A DNA stretch of 64,000 nt. It comes from Clostridia bacterium (GTDB lineage: Bacteria > Bacillota > Clostridia > UMGS1883 > UMGS1540). The stretch spans positions 9,803-73,802 of the forward strand of contig JAZSIR010000016.1 in NCBI GenBank assembly GCA_045533905.1. Direction: 5' to 3'. The translations under genes were made by a program, and so were the position numbers. Positions 41,041-52,499 of this stretch are shown here, piece after piece. The stretch's first letter is position 1. Each line of letters starts with the position of its first letter. The notes under the pieces were generated by a model. It was not told where the DNA came from. It ran no database searches and saw only the letters and a list, made by a program, of their open reading frames with translations.

Positions 41041-44000
41041 ATGTTGGAGTTTAATACGTTTGATGCCATACAGATTGGACTGGCTTCACCGGAAAAGATT
41101 CGTGAATGGTCAAGAGGGGAAGTTAAGAAGCCGGAAACAATCAACTATCGCACATTAAAGCCGGAGCGGGACGGTTTGTTCTGCGAGCGCATTTTCGGGC
41201 CTACAAAGGACTGGGAGTGCCACTGCGGCAAATATAAAAGAATTCGTTTCAAGGGCATCGTTTGCGACCGCTGCGGTGTTGAAGTTACCCGCGCCAAGGT
41301 TCGCCGTGAGAGAATGGGTCACATTGAACTCGCGGCGCCGGTAAGCCATATCTGGTACTTCAAGGGAAGCCCCAGCCGTCTGGCACTTATGCTGAACATT
41401 TCCCCGAGCGAGGTGGAAAAGGTTCTGTACTTTGCCGCGTACATCGTAATTGATCCCGGCAAGGCACACGAAATCGAAAAGACACAGATTCTTACAGAAA
41501 AAGAATACAGAGAACTGCAGGAAAAATACGGCAACGTATTCCGTGCAGCCATGGGTGCAGAAGCCATTCGTGAGCTTCTCGCTGAAATCGACCTCGAAGA
41601 GCTTGCAAAAGAACTTCGTGAAGAGGTAGAGGAGTCCCAGGGGCAGAAAAAGATTCGTCTTATCAAGCGCCTTGAGGTTGTAGAAGCCTTCCGCGCATCC
41701 GGTAACCGTCCGGAATGGATGATTCTCGAAGCGATTCCGGTTATTCCCCCGGAAATCCGTCCGCTTGTACAGCTTGACGGTGGTCGTTTTGCTACATCTG
41801 ACCTTAATGACCTTTACCGTCGCGTTATTAACAGAAATAACCGTCTGAAGAGACTTCTCGATCTGAATGCGCCTGACATTATCGTGCGCAACGAAAAGAG
41901 AATGCTGCAGGAAGCAGTAGACGCTCTGATCGATAACGGACGCCGCGGAAGACCTGTAACAGGCCCCGGCAACCGTGCCTTAAAGTCCCTTTCTGATATG
42001 CTTAAAGGTAAGCAGGGACGCTTCCGTCAGAACCTTCTCGGTAAGCGTGTTGACTACTCCGGCCGTTCCGTTATCGTTGTAGGTCCGGAACTTAAGATTT
42101 ATCAGTGCGGTCTGCCGAAAGAAATGGCACTTGAGCTCTTCAAACCGTTTGTAATGAAGAAGCTTGTAAACGGCGGCTATGCACATAATATCAAGAGCGC
42201 AAAGCGTATGGTAGAGCGCGTCCGTCCCGAGGTCTGGGATGTTCTCGAAGAGGTAATCCGTGAGCATCCGGTACTCTTAAACCGCGCACCTACCCTGCAT
42301 AGACTCGGTATCCAGGCTTTCGAACCCGTTTTAGTAGAAGGCCGTGCCTTAAAGCTCCATCCGCTCGTATGTTCCGCGTTCAACGCTGACTTTGACGGTG
42401 ACCAGATGGCTGTGCACGTACCGCTTTCTCCCGAGGCGCAGAGCGAAGCAAGATTCCTTATGCTTTCTGCAAACAACCTCTTAAAGCCGCAGGACGGTAA
42501 GCCTGTAACCACCCCGACACAGGATATGGTTTTAGGTAGCTACTACCTCACGCTCGTAAAAGAAGATGAACCGGGTGCCGGCAAGGCATTTTCGAGCTTT
42601 GAAGAAGCAAAGCTTGCATATACCAACGGCGTTATCGGTCTCCACGCTCCGATTCGTGTTATGAACGAAAAGGAAATAGGCGGTGTTAAAAAACGTGCGC
42701 TTCTCGAAACTACAGTCGGCCGCATTATCTTCAACGAAGATATTCCGCAGGATTTAGGCTTTGTAGACCGCACAATCGAAGGCAACGAACTGAAACTCGA
42801 AGTCGAGTTCTTGGCCGGCAAGAGTGCACTCGGTAAGATTATTGATAAGTGCATTAAGGTACACGGCATTACGGAAACGGCAATCCTTCTGGATAAAATC
42901 AAGGCAATGGGATATAAATATTCCACAAGAGGCGCTATCACCATCAGCGTTTCCGATATGAAGGTACCGGAAGAGAAGAAAGACATTCTCGCAAATGCTG
43001 AAGTTGCAGTTGATAAGATTGAAGCACAGTTCCGCCGCGGTATCTTAACGGACGAAGAACGCTATGCCGGTGTTATTAAAACATGGGAAGGCGCTGTTTC
43101 CGACGTTACAGATGCACTTATGAAGGGTCTCGACAAATACAACCCGATTTATATGATGGCTGACTCCGGTGCTCGCGGTAGCATCAACCAGATTCGTCAG
43201 CTCGTCGGTATGCGCGGTCTTATGGCTGATACCCAGGGTCGTACCATTGAGGTTCCGATTCGTGCAAACTTCCGCGAAGGTCTTAACATTTTGGAATACT
43301 TCATTTCCACACACGGTGCCCGTAAGGGTCTTGCGGATACCGCTATCCGTACGGCTGACTCCGGTTACCTTACAAGACGTCTTGTTGACGTCAGCCAGGA
43401 TGTTATCATCCGTGAGGACGACTGCGGCACACACGAAGGCATCACCGTTTCTGCGATTAAGGACGGCAATGCCGTTATCGAACCGCTTTACGAAAGACTC
43501 GTTGGCCGTGTTCCCACCAAGGACGTTACAACGCCCGACGGGAAAACAGTACTTGCAAAAGAAGGCGAACTCATTTCCGAACAGACTGCACACGCTATCG
43601 AAGAAGCAGGCATCTTGGAAGTTGAAATCCGAAGCGTATTGCATTGCCACTCCAAAATTGGTGTCTGTGCAAAGTGCTACGGCGCAAACCTTGCAAGCGG
43701 CAGCCACGTAAATGTCGGCGAAGCTGTTGGTATCATCGCGGCGCAGTCCATCGGTGAACCGGGTACACAGCTCACAATGAGAACGTTCCACACCGGCGGT
43801 GTTGCCGGCGGCGATATTACGCAGGGTCTCCCCCGTGTAGTTGAACTTTTTGAAGCCAGAACACCGAAGGGCCTTGCAGTTCTTTCGGAAAACGGCGGTA
43901 CGGTACACATCGACGAAACAAAGAAAAAGCGTGAAATCACGATTACAGACGATAAAGAAGGGGAGAGCCGCACATACCTTATCACTTACGGCTCCAAGCT

Positions 44001-44589
44001 CCGCGTTAGTGAGGGCGATGTAGTCGCTCCGGGTACGCCGCTTACGGAAGGCTCCTTGAATCCCCACGATTTGCTCCGCATAAGCGGTGCTGCTGCGGTT
44101 CAGCAGTACATCATTCAGGAAGTACAGCGCGTATACCGCCAGCAGGGTGTTGATATTTCGGATAAGCATATCGAAGTTATCGTTCGTCAGATGATGAAGA
44201 AAGTTAAAATCACAGAACCCGGCGACAGCCCCATCCTTATGGGTACGCTGGAGGACAGATTGGTTATGGAAGAAATGTGCAAGACCGCAGAAGCGGAAGG
44301 TCGCGCAGTGCCGGAGTGCGAAGATATCCTCCTCGGTATCACCAAGGCATCGCTTGCAACCGACTCGTTCCTGTCGGCCGCATCCTTCCAGGAAACCACC
44401 CGCGTTCTCACAGATGCTGCTATCAAGGGTAAGATTGATCCGCTCCTCGGTCTCAAGGAAAATGTTATCATCGGTAAGCTGATTCCGGCCGGTACCGGTA
44501 TGGAAAAGTACAGAGACATTTCCGTAGAACCGAAGGAGGAAGCACAGGCATTTGACGGATTTGATGCAAATTATCTTGACATGCGGTAA
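41041..44589 (+). CDS. rpoC: DNA-directed RNA polymerase subunit beta'
   Basis: [24 protein letters not shown]…, Zn-finger CHCGKYK…CDRCG, NADFDGD. Confidence 0.95.
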   Translation: MLEFNTFDAIQIGLASPEKIREWSRGEVKKPETINYRTLKPERDGLFCERIFGPTKDWECHCGKYKRIRFKGIVCDRCGVEVTRAKVRRERMGHIELAAPVSHIWYFKGSPSRLALMLNISPSEVEKVLYFAAYIVIDPGKAHEIEKTQILTEKEYRELQEKYGNVFRAAMGAEAIRELLAEIDLEELAKELREEVEESQGQKKIRLIKRLEVVEAFRASGNRPEWMILEAIPVIPPEIRPLVQLDGGRFATSDLNDLYRRVINRNNRLKRLLDLNAPDIIVRNEKRMLQEAVDALIDNGRRGRPVTGPGNRALKSLSDMLKGKQGRFRQNLLGKRVDYSGRSVIVVGPELKIYQCGLPKEMALELFKPFVMKKLVNGGYAHNIKSAKRMVERVRPEVWDVLEEVIREHPVLLNRAPTLHRLGIQAFEPVLVEGRALKLHPLVCSAFNADFDGDQMAVHVPLSPEAQSEARFLMLSANNLLKPQDGKPVTTPTQDMVLGSYYLTLVKEDEPGAGKAFSSFEEAKLAYTNGVIGLHAPIRVMNEKEIGGVKKRALLETTVGRIIFNEDIPQDLGFVDRTIEGNELKLEVEFLAGKSALGKIIDKCIKVHGITETAILLDKIKAMGYKYSTRGAITISVSDMKVPEEKKDILANAEVAVDKIEAQFRRGILTDEERYAGVIKTWEGAVSDVTDALMKGLDKYNPIYMMADSGARGSINQIRQLVGMRGLMADTQGRTIEVPIRANFREGLNILEYFISTHGARKGLADTAIRTADSGYLTRRLVDVSQDVIIREDDCGTHEGITVSAIKDGNAVIEPLYERLVGRVPTKDVTTPDGKTVLAKEGELISEQTAHAIEEAGILEVEIRSVLHCHSKIGVCAKCYGANLASGSHVNVGEAVGIIAAQSIGEPGTQLTMRTFHTGGVAGGDITQGLPRVVELFEARTPKGLAVLSENGGTVHIDETKKKREITITDDKEGESRTYLITYGSKLRVSEGDVVAPGTPLTEGSLNPHDLLRISGAAAVQQYIIQEVQRVYRQQGVDISDKHIEVIVRQMMKKVKITEPGDSPILMGTLEDRLVMEEMCKTAEAEGRAVPECEDILLGITKASLATDSFLSAASFQETTRVLTDAAIKGKIDPLLGLKENVIIGKLIPAGTGMEKYRDISVEPKEEAQAFDGFDANYLDMR

Positions 44590-44670
44590 ATAATGTGATA
44601 TAATCCACTATTGTGTGGGCAAAACCACAGTTTACCGTGCAGGTGTTTTTGACATCGGCAGAGGAGAACT

Positions 44671-44910
44671 ATGTTAGAAGAGCTGAAAACAGACAAAAAA
44701 ATTGTCGGTTTCAAACAATCTTTAAAAGCGGTACGGGCCGGTGAAGTAAAAAAAGCATTTGTGTCTATGGATGCGGATGTACACGTAACAACGCCGTTCG
44801 TAAGTGCCTGTCAGGCACAGAATGTACCGCTGGAATACTGCGAAAGCTGCAAAGTCCTTGGGGATGCCTGCGGAATTGATGTGGGCGCGGCTGTGGCAGT
44901 ACTTCTGTAA
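44671..44910 (+). CDS. ribosomal protein L7Ae-like (YbxF-type)
   Basis: 79 aa; conserved Firmicutes position between rpoC and rpsL; RBS AGAGGAG. Confidence 0.7.
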   Translation: MLEELKTDKKIVGFKQSLKAVRAGEVKKAFVSMDADVHVTTPFVSACQAQNVPLEYCESCKVLGDACGIDVGAAVAVLL

Positions 44911-45011
44911 TAAGTATGTACGGGCGGTAGAGGATTCTACCGCCACTACCCGTGCTATGATGCGGCAAAAAAGCCGTCTATTATAGAAATTATAGGTAAG
45001 GGGGTGCAATG

Positions 45012-45425
45012 ATGCCAACATTTAACCAGTTAGTCCGTAAGGGCAGAGAAACCAGCGTTACCAAGTCGACAGCGCCGGCACTTTTGAAGGGTTTGAACTC
45101 TCTGAAGAAGGAACTTACCGATCAGAATTCCCCGCAGAAGCGTGGCGTATGCACAGCTGTAAAGACAATGACGCCGAAAAAGCCGAACTCCGCACTTCGT
45201 AAAATTGCAAGAGTACGTCTTTCGAACGGAATTGAAGTTACTTCTTACATTCCGGGCGAAGGTCACAACCTGCAGGAGCATAGCGTTGTTCTGATTCGCG
45301 GCGGCAGAGTTAAGGACCTCCCTGGTGTGCGTTATCACATCATCAGAGGTACTCTGGATACAGCAGGCGTTGCAAAGCGCGAGCAGTCGAGAAGTAAGTA
45401 TGGCGCTAAGAGACCCAAGAAGTAA
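45012..45425 (+). CDS. rpsL: 30S ribosomal protein S12
   Basis: [12 protein letters not shown]…[10 protein letters not shown]…[18 protein letters not shown]. Confidence 0.95.
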   Translation: MPTFNQLVRKGRETSVTKSTAPALLKGLNSLKKELTDQNSPQKRGVCTAVKTMTPKKPNSALRKIARVRLSNGIEVTSYIPGEGHNLQEHSVVLIRGGRVKDLPGVRYHIIRGTLDTAGVAKREQSRSKYGAKRPKK

Positions 45426-45584
45426 TACCGCCGGAAGTGCGAAGAAAGGGACAGGATACCCTTTCGCGTGCGATGCGGTTTTTTCGGTGGCGAAAGTCAC
45501 TGTATAAATAACGCGTTGCACTGACAAAGCAAAGCTTTGAGTACCTGTGAATTCATAAATAATTTAATGAAGGAGGGAAGTAAA

Positions 45585-46055
45585 GTGCCGAGAAGAGGAT
45601 TTATTGCAAAAAGAGATGTTTTGCCGGACCCGCTTTACGGAGACAAGATCGTAACACGTCTTATCAACAACATTATGCTTGACGGTAAGAAGGGTGTTGC
45701 ACAGAAGATCGTATATGATGCTTTCGATATTATTCGTGAAAAGACCGGCAAGGAGCCTGTAGAAGTTTTCTTGCAGGCTATGGAGAACATTATGCCTGTT
45801 CTGGAGGTAAAGGCACGCCGTGTTGGTGGTGCTACTTATCAGGTACCGATTGAGGTACGTCCGGAAAGACGTCAGACCCTGGGTCTGCGCTGGCTGACAA
45901 CCTACTCCCGCGCAAGAAGTGAAAGAACTATGCGCGAACGTCTTGCAAACGAAATTTTGGATGCTATCAACAATATGGGTGCCTCTGTTAAGAAGCGTGA
46001 AGATACCCACAAGATGGCAGAAGCCAACAAGGCATTCGCACATTACAGATGGTAG
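45585..46055 (+). CDS. rpsG: 30S ribosomal protein S7
   Basis: GTG start after GAAGGAGGG; [15 protein letters not shown]… S7. Confidence 0.9.
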   Translation: MPRRGFIAKRDVLPDPLYGDKIVTRLINNIMLDGKKGVAQKIVYDAFDIIREKTGKEPVEVFLQAMENIMPVLEVKARRVGGATYQVPIEVRPERRQTLGLRWLTTYSRARSERTMRERLANEILDAINNMGASVKKREDTHKMAEANKAFAHYRW

Positions 46056-46112
46056 GATTCACCTTACCAATCTGCTTTTTCACAAGAGATTTGACGAGAG
46101 GAGGAATATTGC

Positions 46113-48188
46113 TTGGCCAGAGAATTTTCGCTTGAAAATACAAGAAATATCGGCATCATGGCACACATTGACGCCGGTAAGACTACTACTACAGAACGTA
46201 TTCTGTTCTACACAGGCCGTGTGCATAAGATAGGTGAAACCCATGAGGGTTCGGCTACTATGGACTGGATGGAACAGGAACAGGAGCGTGGTATTACCAT
46301 CACCTCCGCTGCTACAACTGCACAGTGGAAGGGCACCCGTATCAACATCATTGATACCCCGGGCCACGTTGACTTCACGGTTGAGGTTGAGCGTTCCCTT
46401 CGCGTACTGGACGGTTCTGTTACCGTATTCTGCGCTAAGGGCGGCGTTGAACCGCAGTCTGAAAACGTTTGGAGACAGGCTGATAAATACAGAGTTCCCA
46501 GAATGGCTTATGTAAATAAGATGGACATTATGGGTGCTGACTTTTACAATGTTGTCCAGATGATGAAGGACCGTCTGCAGTGTAATGCAGTTCCGATTCA
46601 GCTCCCGATTGGTGCTGAAGATACTTTCAAAGGCCTCATTGACCTCGTAGAAATGAAGGCATTTGTGTACTATGATGACCTTGGCAAGGATGAACGCATC
46701 GAAGATATTCCTGCGGACATGGCCGAAAAGGCAGAGGAGTACCGTGCAGCTCTTATCGAAGCTGTTGCAGAACAGGACGAAGAGCTCATGATGAAGTATC
46801 TCGAAGGCGAAGAGCTGACCGTAGATGAAATCAAAGCTACAATCAGAAAAGCTACTATCGCAAACGAAATGGTTCCCGTACTTTGCGGTACATCCTACAG
46901 AAATAAGGGTGTACAGAACCTTTTGGACGCAGTAGTTGCTTACATGCCCGCGCCGACGGACATTCCCCCGATTCAGGGTATTGTTCCGCGCACAGAGGAA
47001 GAAACCGAACGTCGCGCAAGCGACTCGGAGCCGTTCTCTGCTTTGGCATTTAAGATTATGACTGACCCGTTTGTAGGTAAGCTTTGCTTCTTCAGAGTTT
47101 ACTCCGGTACCCTCAATAAGGGCTCCGCTGTATACAACTCCACGAAGGACAAGACCGAAAGAGTTGGCCGTATTCTCCAGATGCACGCAAATGACAGACA
47201 GGATATCGATATCGTATACTCCGGCGACATTGCCGCAGCCGTTGGTCTTAAGAACACCGGCACAGGCGACACGCTTTGTGACGAATCGAACCCCGTAATC
47301 CTGGAATCTATGGAATTCCCGGAACCGGTTATCCGCGTTGCTATCGAGCCGAAGACAAAGGCCGGTCAGGAAAAGATGGGTATTGCGCTTGCTAAGCTTG
47401 CTGAAGAAGACCCGACATTCCGTGCATATACAGACGAAGAAACAGGCCAGACCATTATCGCCGGTATGGGCGAGCTGCATCTGGAAATCATTGTTGACCG
47501 TCTCCTGCGCGAATTCAAGGTAGAAGCAAACGTAGGTAAGCCGCAGGTATCCTACAAAGAAGCAATCCGTAAGCCTGTTCGTGTGGACCACAAGTATGCA
47601 CGTCAGTCCGGTGGTAAGGGTCAGTACGGTCACTGCGTACTGGAAATCGAGCCGATGGAAGCAGGCACCGGTTACGAATTTGTTAACAAGATTGTTGGTG
47701 GTGCAATTCCGAAGGAATACATCCCCGCTGTTGATGCCGGTATTCAGAGCGCTATGCAGAATGGTGTTCTGGCAGGCTACAACGTTGTGGACGTTCGCGT
47801 AACACTTGTTGACGGTTCTTACCACGAGGTTGACTCTTCTGAAATGGCATTTAAGATTGCCGGTTCTATGGCATTCAAAGATGGTTGCCGCAAGGGCGAT
47901 CCGGTTCTCAAAGAACCCATCATGCAGGTTGACGTTATCGTACCGGAAGAATACATGGGTGATGTTATGGGTGACCTTAACTCTCGCCGTGGTCAGATTC
48001 AGGGTATGGAAGCAAGACCGGGTGCACAGGCCATCGCTGCATTTGTGCCGCTGAGCGAAATGTTCGGTTACGCTACCGACCTTCGTTCCAAAACACAGGG
48101 CCGCGGTCAGTACACCATGCAGCCCAGCCACTATGAAGAAGTTCCGAAGAGCATTATGGAAGCAATCATAGCCGGCAAACAGAAATAA
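46113..48188 (+). CDS. fusA: elongation factor G
   Basis: TTG start after GAGGAGG; (M)[24 protein letters not shown]. Confidence 0.95.
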   Translation: MAREFSLENTRNIGIMAHIDAGKTTTTERILFYTGRVHKIGETHEGSATMDWMEQEQERGITITSAATTAQWKGTRINIIDTPGHVDFTVEVERSLRVLDGSVTVFCAKGGVEPQSENVWRQADKYRVPRMAYVNKMDIMGADFYNVVQMMKDRLQCNAVPIQLPIGAEDTFKGLIDLVEMKAFVYYDDLGKDERIEDIPADMAEKAEEYRAALIEAVAEQDEELMMKYLEGEELTVDEIKATIRKATIANEMVPVLCGTSYRNKGVQNLLDAVVAYMPAPTDIPPIQGIVPRTEEETERRASDSEPFSALAFKIMTDPFVGKLCFFRVYSGTLNKGSAVYNSTKDKTERVGRILQMHANDRQDIDIVYSGDIAAAVGLKNTGTGDTLCDESNPVILESMEFPEPVIRVAIEPKTKAGQEKMGIALAKLAEEDPTFRAYTDEETGQTIIAGMGELHLEIIVDRLLREFKVEANVGKPQVSYKEAIRKPVRVDHKYARQSGGKGQYGHCVLEIEPMEAGTGYEFVNKIVGGAIPKEYIPAVDAGIQSAMQNGVLAGYNVVDVRVTLVDGSYHEVDSSEMAFKIAGSMAFKDGCRKGDPVLKEPIMQVDVIVPEEYMGDVMGDLNSRRGQIQGMEARPGAQAIAAFVPLSEMFGYATDLRSKTQGRGQYTMQPSHYEEVPKSIMEAIIAGKQK

Positions 48189-48211
48189 ATCGCAGTTTTT
48201 CTAAAAAATAC

Positions 48212-48240
48212 TTGATTTTTTCGTGATTTTATAGTATTAT
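48212..48240 (+). promoter_or_regulatory. internal sigma-A promoter for tuf (TTGATT-17-TATTAT)
   Basis: Read from the sequence, 45 nt upstream of the tuf start. Confidence 0.5.
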
Positions 48241-48283
48241 AGCTATAAGCGACAAAAAAGTTAATTAAAGGAGGATTTTCCAA

Positions 48284-49486
48284 ATGGCAAAGGAAAAATT
48301 TGAAAGAAGTAAACCCCATGTAAACATTGGTACCATTGGTCACGTTGACCACGGCAAGACATCCTTGACCGCTGCTATCACAAAGGTTCTTGCTTTCCAG
48401 GGCAAGGCTCAGTACGAAGCATACGACATGATCGATAAGGCTCCGGAAGAAAGAGAAAGAGGTATTACCATTTCCACAGCTCACGTAGAGTACGAAACTG
48501 ACAACCGTCACTACGCTCACGTTGACTGCCCGGGCCACGCTGACTATGTTAAGAACATGATCACCGGTGCTGCTCAGATGGACGGCGCTATCCTCGTTGT
48601 TTCCGCTGCAGACGGCCCGATGCCCCAGACAAGAGAACACATCCTTCTCTCCCGTCAGGTAGGCGTTCCCTACATCGTAGTATTCCTCAACAAGAAGGAC
48701 CAGGTTGACGATCCGGAACTTCTTGAACTGGTTGAAATGGAAATTCGCGAACTCCTCAACGAGTACGAATTCCCGGGCGACGATATTCCGATCGTTGCAG
48801 GTTCCGCTCTCCAGGCTCTCGAATGCGATTCCAACGATGTAAGCGCTCCGGAATACGCTCCGATCCTCGAACTCATGGAAGCTGTTGACAGCTACATTCC
48901 GACTCCGGAAAGAAAGACAGACCTTCCGTTCCTTATGCCGGTTGAAGACGTATTCTCCATCACAGGCCGTGGTACAGTTGCTACAGGCCGTGTAGAGAGA
49001 GGTGCTCTTAAGGTTTCCGACGAAGTTGAAATCGTTGGTCTTACCGACGAAGCTCGCAAGGTTGTTGTTACCGGTATCGAAATGTTCCGCAAGCTCCTCG
49101 ATCAGGCAGAAGCTGGCGATAACATCGGTGCTCTTCTCCGCGGTGTTCAGAGAAACGAAATCGAACGCGGCCAGGTTCTTGCAAAGCCGGGTTCCATCAA
49201 TCCGCACACTGCATTCAAGGGCGAAGTTTACGTTCTGACCAAGGATGAAGGCGGCCGTCACACACCGTTCTTCAACAACTACAGACCGCAGTTCTACTTC
49301 AGAACAACTGACGTTACAGGTGTTGTTCAGCTGCCGGAAGGCGTTGAAATGTGCATGCCTGGCGATAACGTATCCATCTCCGTTGAGCTGATCACTCCGA
49401 TCGCTATCGAAGAAGGTCTCCGCTTCGCTATCCGCGAAGGTGGCAGAACAGTTGGTTCCGGTGTTGTAAGCGCAATCAACAAATAA
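48284..49486 (+). CDS. tuf: elongation factor Tu
   Basis: [26 protein letters not shown]. Confidence 0.95.
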   Translation: MAKEKFERSKPHVNIGTIGHVDHGKTSLTAAITKVLAFQGKAQYEAYDMIDKAPEERERGITISTAHVEYETDNRHYAHVDCPGHADYVKNMITGAAQMDGAILVVSAADGPMPQTREHILLSRQVGVPYIVVFLNKKDQVDDPELLELVEMEIRELLNEYEFPGDDIPIVAGSALQALECDSNDVSAPEYAPILELMEAVDSYIPTPERKTDLPFLMPVEDVFSITGRGTVATGRVERGALKVSDEVEIVGLTDEARKVVVTGIEMFRKLLDQAEAGDNIGALLRGVQRNEIERGQVLAKPGSINPHTAFKGEVYVLTKDEGGRHTPFFNNYRPQFYFRTTDVTGVVQLPEGVEMCMPGDNVSISVELITPIAIEEGLRFAIREGGRTVGSGVVSAINK

Positions 49487-49497
49487 GACATCTTTCC

Positions 49498-49527
49498 AAA
49501 GGGCTGCCCTATGGCAGCCCTTTGTTG
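49498..49527 (+). terminator. rho-independent terminator after tuf
   Basis: AAAGGGCTGCC-ctat-GGCAGCCCTTT. Confidence 0.85.
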
Positions 49528-49559
49528 CTCTTTAGAAAAATGCAGGAGGGTGGATACAC

Positions 49560-50030
49560 TTGGAAAGAAGAGATAAATACAATTACTACTTGGATATTGC
49601 AGAAACCGTTATCGGCCGCGGCACATGCCTGCGCCGAAACTACGGTGCTATTATCGTAAAGAATGATGAAATCATCTCGAGCGGCTATACCGGCGCGCCG
49701 CGCGGTCGCCAAAATTGTATTGACCGTGGCACTTGTCGCAGGGAGGAGCTTTCCATCCCGAGCGGTCAGCGCTATGAGCTTTGCCGCAGTGTACATGCGG
49801 AAGCAAACGCCATAATAAGCGCATCCCGCCGCGATATGATCGGCGCGGTTTTGTACCTCGCCGGAAAAGATGCAAAAACGGGCGAACTTGTTGAAAATGC
49901 TACTTCCTGCGCCATGTGCCGCCGCATGATTATCAATGCCGGTATTGAGCTTGTGGTGGTACGGCAGACAAAAGATAAGTACGAAATTGTAAACGTGCAG
50001 GACTGGGTGACGAATGACGAGTCCCTGTAA
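49560..50030 (+). CDS. dCMP/cytidine deaminase-family zinc enzyme (ComEB-like)
   Basis: H(A)E…PCAMC zinc-binding motifs (SVHAEANAI, SCAMCRRMI); TTG start after AGGAGGGTGG. Confidence 0.8.
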   Translation: MERRDKYNYYLDIAETVIGRGTCLRRNYGAIIVKNDEIISSGYTGAPRGRQNCIDRGTCRREELSIPSGQRYELCRSVHAEANAIISASRRDMIGAVLYLAGKDAKTGELVENATSCAMCRRMIINAGIELVVVRQTKDKYEIVNVQDWVTNDESL

Positions 50031-50116
50031 CCTGTACGAATTTTCAAAAAAAGCTTGACTTTATCATGATAAAGTGCTACTATAAAGAAGCACAATAAAG
50101 TAAAGGAGTAATGAAA

Positions 50117-50944
50117 ATGAAAAAATGGATTGCACTCGCACTTGCCCTTTGTGTAGTATTCACATTTGCGGCATGCACAAAAACAGACGTAGAAACCCCG
50201 GCTCCCTCCGCACCGGTAGCTGAAGATGCTTCCTGGGATTACATCCAGGCAAACGGAAAGCTGATTGTCGGTCTTGACGACACATTTGCTCCCATGGGCT
50301 TCCGCACAGAAGATGGTGAACTCGTTGGCTTTGATATCGACCTTGCAAATGCAGTTGGCGAAGAGCTCGGCGTTGCAGTAGAATTCAAGCCCATCGTTTG
50401 GGATGCTAAGGAAATGGAACTCGACGGCAAGAAGATTGACGTTATCTGGAACGGTATGAGCAAAACACCGGAACGCGTTGAAAAGATGAATCTTTCCAAA
50501 GCGTACTTCAATAACTCTATCGTTATTATGACAATGGCAGATAAGCCCATCGACAAGAAGGCAGACCTCGCCGGCAAGAACATCGGCACACAGGCCGCTT
50601 CTGCTGCTCTTGAAATGATTCAGGCTGACGCCATTTACGGTGACATTGCTGACGGTCTTGCAGAATATGATACCTATGATGAAGCTGTTATGGACCTTGA
50701 AGCAGGCAGACTTGATGCCGTTATCATCGACAAGGTTGCCGGTATGTACAAGGCAAACCTCAAAGCTGGTACTTTCGCATTCGCAAGTGAAGACTTCGGC
50801 GAAGACCTTTATGTAATCGGTATGCGCAAGGGCGAAGATGCTCTTACCGCAAAAATTGATGCCGCCCTCGATGCAGTAATTGCAAACGGCAAGGCAAGCG
50901 AAATCTCCACCGAATGGTTTGGTGAGGACTTAGTTCTTCGATAA
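50117..50944 (+). CDS. amino-acid ABC transporter substrate-binding lipoprotein (SBP family 3)
   Basis: Lipobox TFAAC; polar amino-acid SBP architecture. Confidence 0.85.
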   Translation: MKKWIALALALCVVFTFAACTKTDVETPAPSAPVAEDASWDYIQANGKLIVGLDDTFAPMGFRTEDGELVGFDIDLANAVGEELGVAVEFKPIVWDAKEMELDGKKIDVIWNGMSKTPERVEKMNLSKAYFNNSIVIMTMADKPIDKKADLAGKNIGTQAASAALEMIQADAIYGDIADGLAEYDTYDEAVMDLEAGRLDAVIIDKVAGMYKANLKAGTFAFASEDFGEDLYVIGMRKGEDALTAKIDAALDAVIANGKASEISTEWFGEDLVLR

Positions 50945-51039
50945 ACAAAAGCGAGAGAAGGGCTGGTCGCAGAGATGCGGTCAGCCCTCTTTACTGAAAA
51001 GAAAAGGAGACGTACGCGTTTTCGGAAAAGGATTATAGA

Positions 51040-51735
51040 ATGGATTTTATTGCTGAAAACTGGGCCAATGTGGTAGAATGGTTTACATATTCGGGCAGAA
51101 TTTTGCCGGCACTTTTGCGCGGTGGACGGATTACACTTTTAGTCTTTACGCTTACGCTTGTGCTGTCGCTTCCGCTCGGTCTTATTTTTGGGCTTATGCG
51201 CATTTCGAAAGTGGCACCGCTTCGGTGGTTCTCGTCGGCGTACATCTGGGTACTTCGCGGAACGCCTCTTTTGTTGCAGCTTTATTTTGTATATTACGGC
51301 CTTCCCAATATGGGTATTACCTTCAATGGCGTAACGGCGGCCGTTGTTGCCTTTACGCTGAATTATGCCGCATATTTTGCAGAAATTTACCGCGGCGGCA
51401 TCGAATCGATTGACCGCGGCCAGTATGAGGCCGCAAAGGCACTCGGCTTTACAAGCAGTCAGACGATGCGGAAGATTATTATTCCGCAGACCTTAAGCCG
51501 CATCATTCCGCCCATTACAAATGAAACCATCACGCTCGTAAAAGATACGGCCCTTATTACCGCGATTAGCGTTTCGGAATTACTTCGTGCTGCCAAAGGC
51601 GCCGTAAACCGCGACCTCGATACCACGGCATTTTTGCTTGCGGCCCTTTTATATCTGTTCTTTACATTGATTCTGACCGTACTGTTCAAATCTACGGAAA
51701 AACGGTGCTCGCGTCACTTGAGGAGGGATAACTGA
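51040..51735 (+). CDS. amino-acid ABC transporter permease (His/Glu/Gln/Arg/opine family)
   Basis: EAA-loop region …AKALGFTSSQTMRKIIIPQ…. Confidence 0.85.
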   Translation: MDFIAENWANVVEWFTYSGRILPALLRGGRITLLVFTLTLVLSLPLGLIFGLMRISKVAPLRWFSSAYIWVLRGTPLLLQLYFVYYGLPNMGITFNGVTAAVVAFTLNYAAYFAEIYRGGIESIDRGQYEAAKALGFTSSQTMRKIIIPQTLSRIIPPITNETITLVKDTALITAISVSELLRAAKGAVNRDLDTTAFLLAALLYLFFTLILTVLFKSTEKRCSRHLRRDN

Positions 51736-52496
51736 TGGCTATTTTGGAAGTAGAAGGTCTCAAAAAGAATTTCGGTAGCCTGAAAGTTTTAAAGGGCATT
51801 GACTTCAAAACAGAAAAAGGACAGGTCACAGCCATTTTAGGTCCTTCCGGCAGCGGCAAGAGCACATTTATCCGTTGCCTTAACCGTCTTGAAAAAATAT
51901 CTGCCGGTACCATTCGTATTGACGGCGAAACGCTTGCGGAAACGGTGGATGATAAAGTTATCTATGTACCGGAAAAGGAAGCGAGACGTATTTGCGGCAA
52001 AACGGGGATGGTGTTTCAAAACTTTAACCTGTTTCCGCATATGACGGTGCTCGATAATATCACCGCGGCACCGATTACCGTGCAAAAGCGCGATGCGGAA
52101 GAAGTAAGAGAGACGGCTATTTCGCTTCTCAGCCGCGTGGGCCTTTCTGAAAAGGCAAATCAGTATCCTTCTGCACTGTCCGGCGGGCAGCAGCAGCGCG
52201 TGGCGATTGCCCGTGCCCTTGCCTTAAAACCGGAGATTCTTTTCTTCGATGAGCCTACAAGCGCACTTGACCCCGAGCTTACGGGGGAAGTACTGCATGT
52301 TATCCGTGACCTTGCCGCCGAGCATATGACGATGCTGATTGTAACGCACGAAATTGAATTTGCGCTCGGTGTTGCCGATCACGTTGTTTTTATGGACGGT
52401 GGCTACATCGTGGAAGAAGGCACGGCGGACGCACTGATCAATCATCCGCAGAACGAGCGCACGAGAGCGTTTTTAAATCGAATGAATGAGGTGTAA
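51735..52496 (+). CDS. amino-acid ABC transporter ATP-binding protein
   Basis: GPSGSGKST, LSGGQQQRVAIARAL, ILFFDEPTSALD; the start overlaps the permease stop. Confidence 0.9.
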   Translation: MAILEVEGLKKNFGSLKVLKGIDFKTEKGQVTAILGPSGSGKSTFIRCLNRLEKISAGTIRIDGETLAETVDDKVIYVPEKEARRICGKTGMVFQNFNLFPHMTVLDNITAAPITVQKRDAEEVRETAISLLSRVGLSEKANQYPSALSGGQQQRVAIARALALKPEILFFDEPTSALDPELTGEVLHVIRDLAAEHMTMLIVTHEIEFALGVADHVVFMDGGYIVEEGTADALINHPQNERTRAFLNRMNEV

Positions 52497-52499
52497 ACT

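Noticed and set aside
37215-44589. Intein or insertion in rpoB/rpoC
   Set aside because: Both proteins are of normal length and collinear with Firmicutes homologs. The only extra sequence is the acidic RpoB tail.
46080-48131. 683-aa ORF antisense to fusA, and many other 150-450-aa antisense ORFs (e.g. 11201-12562 opposite ppdK, 43045-44169 opposite rpoC, 13005-14090 opposite the BNR gene, 48131-49261 opposite tuf)
   Set aside because: High-GC genomes generate long stop-free antisense frames. The sense-strand products are unmistakable conserved proteins. The antisense translations are Cys/Arg-rich with no RBS or motifs.
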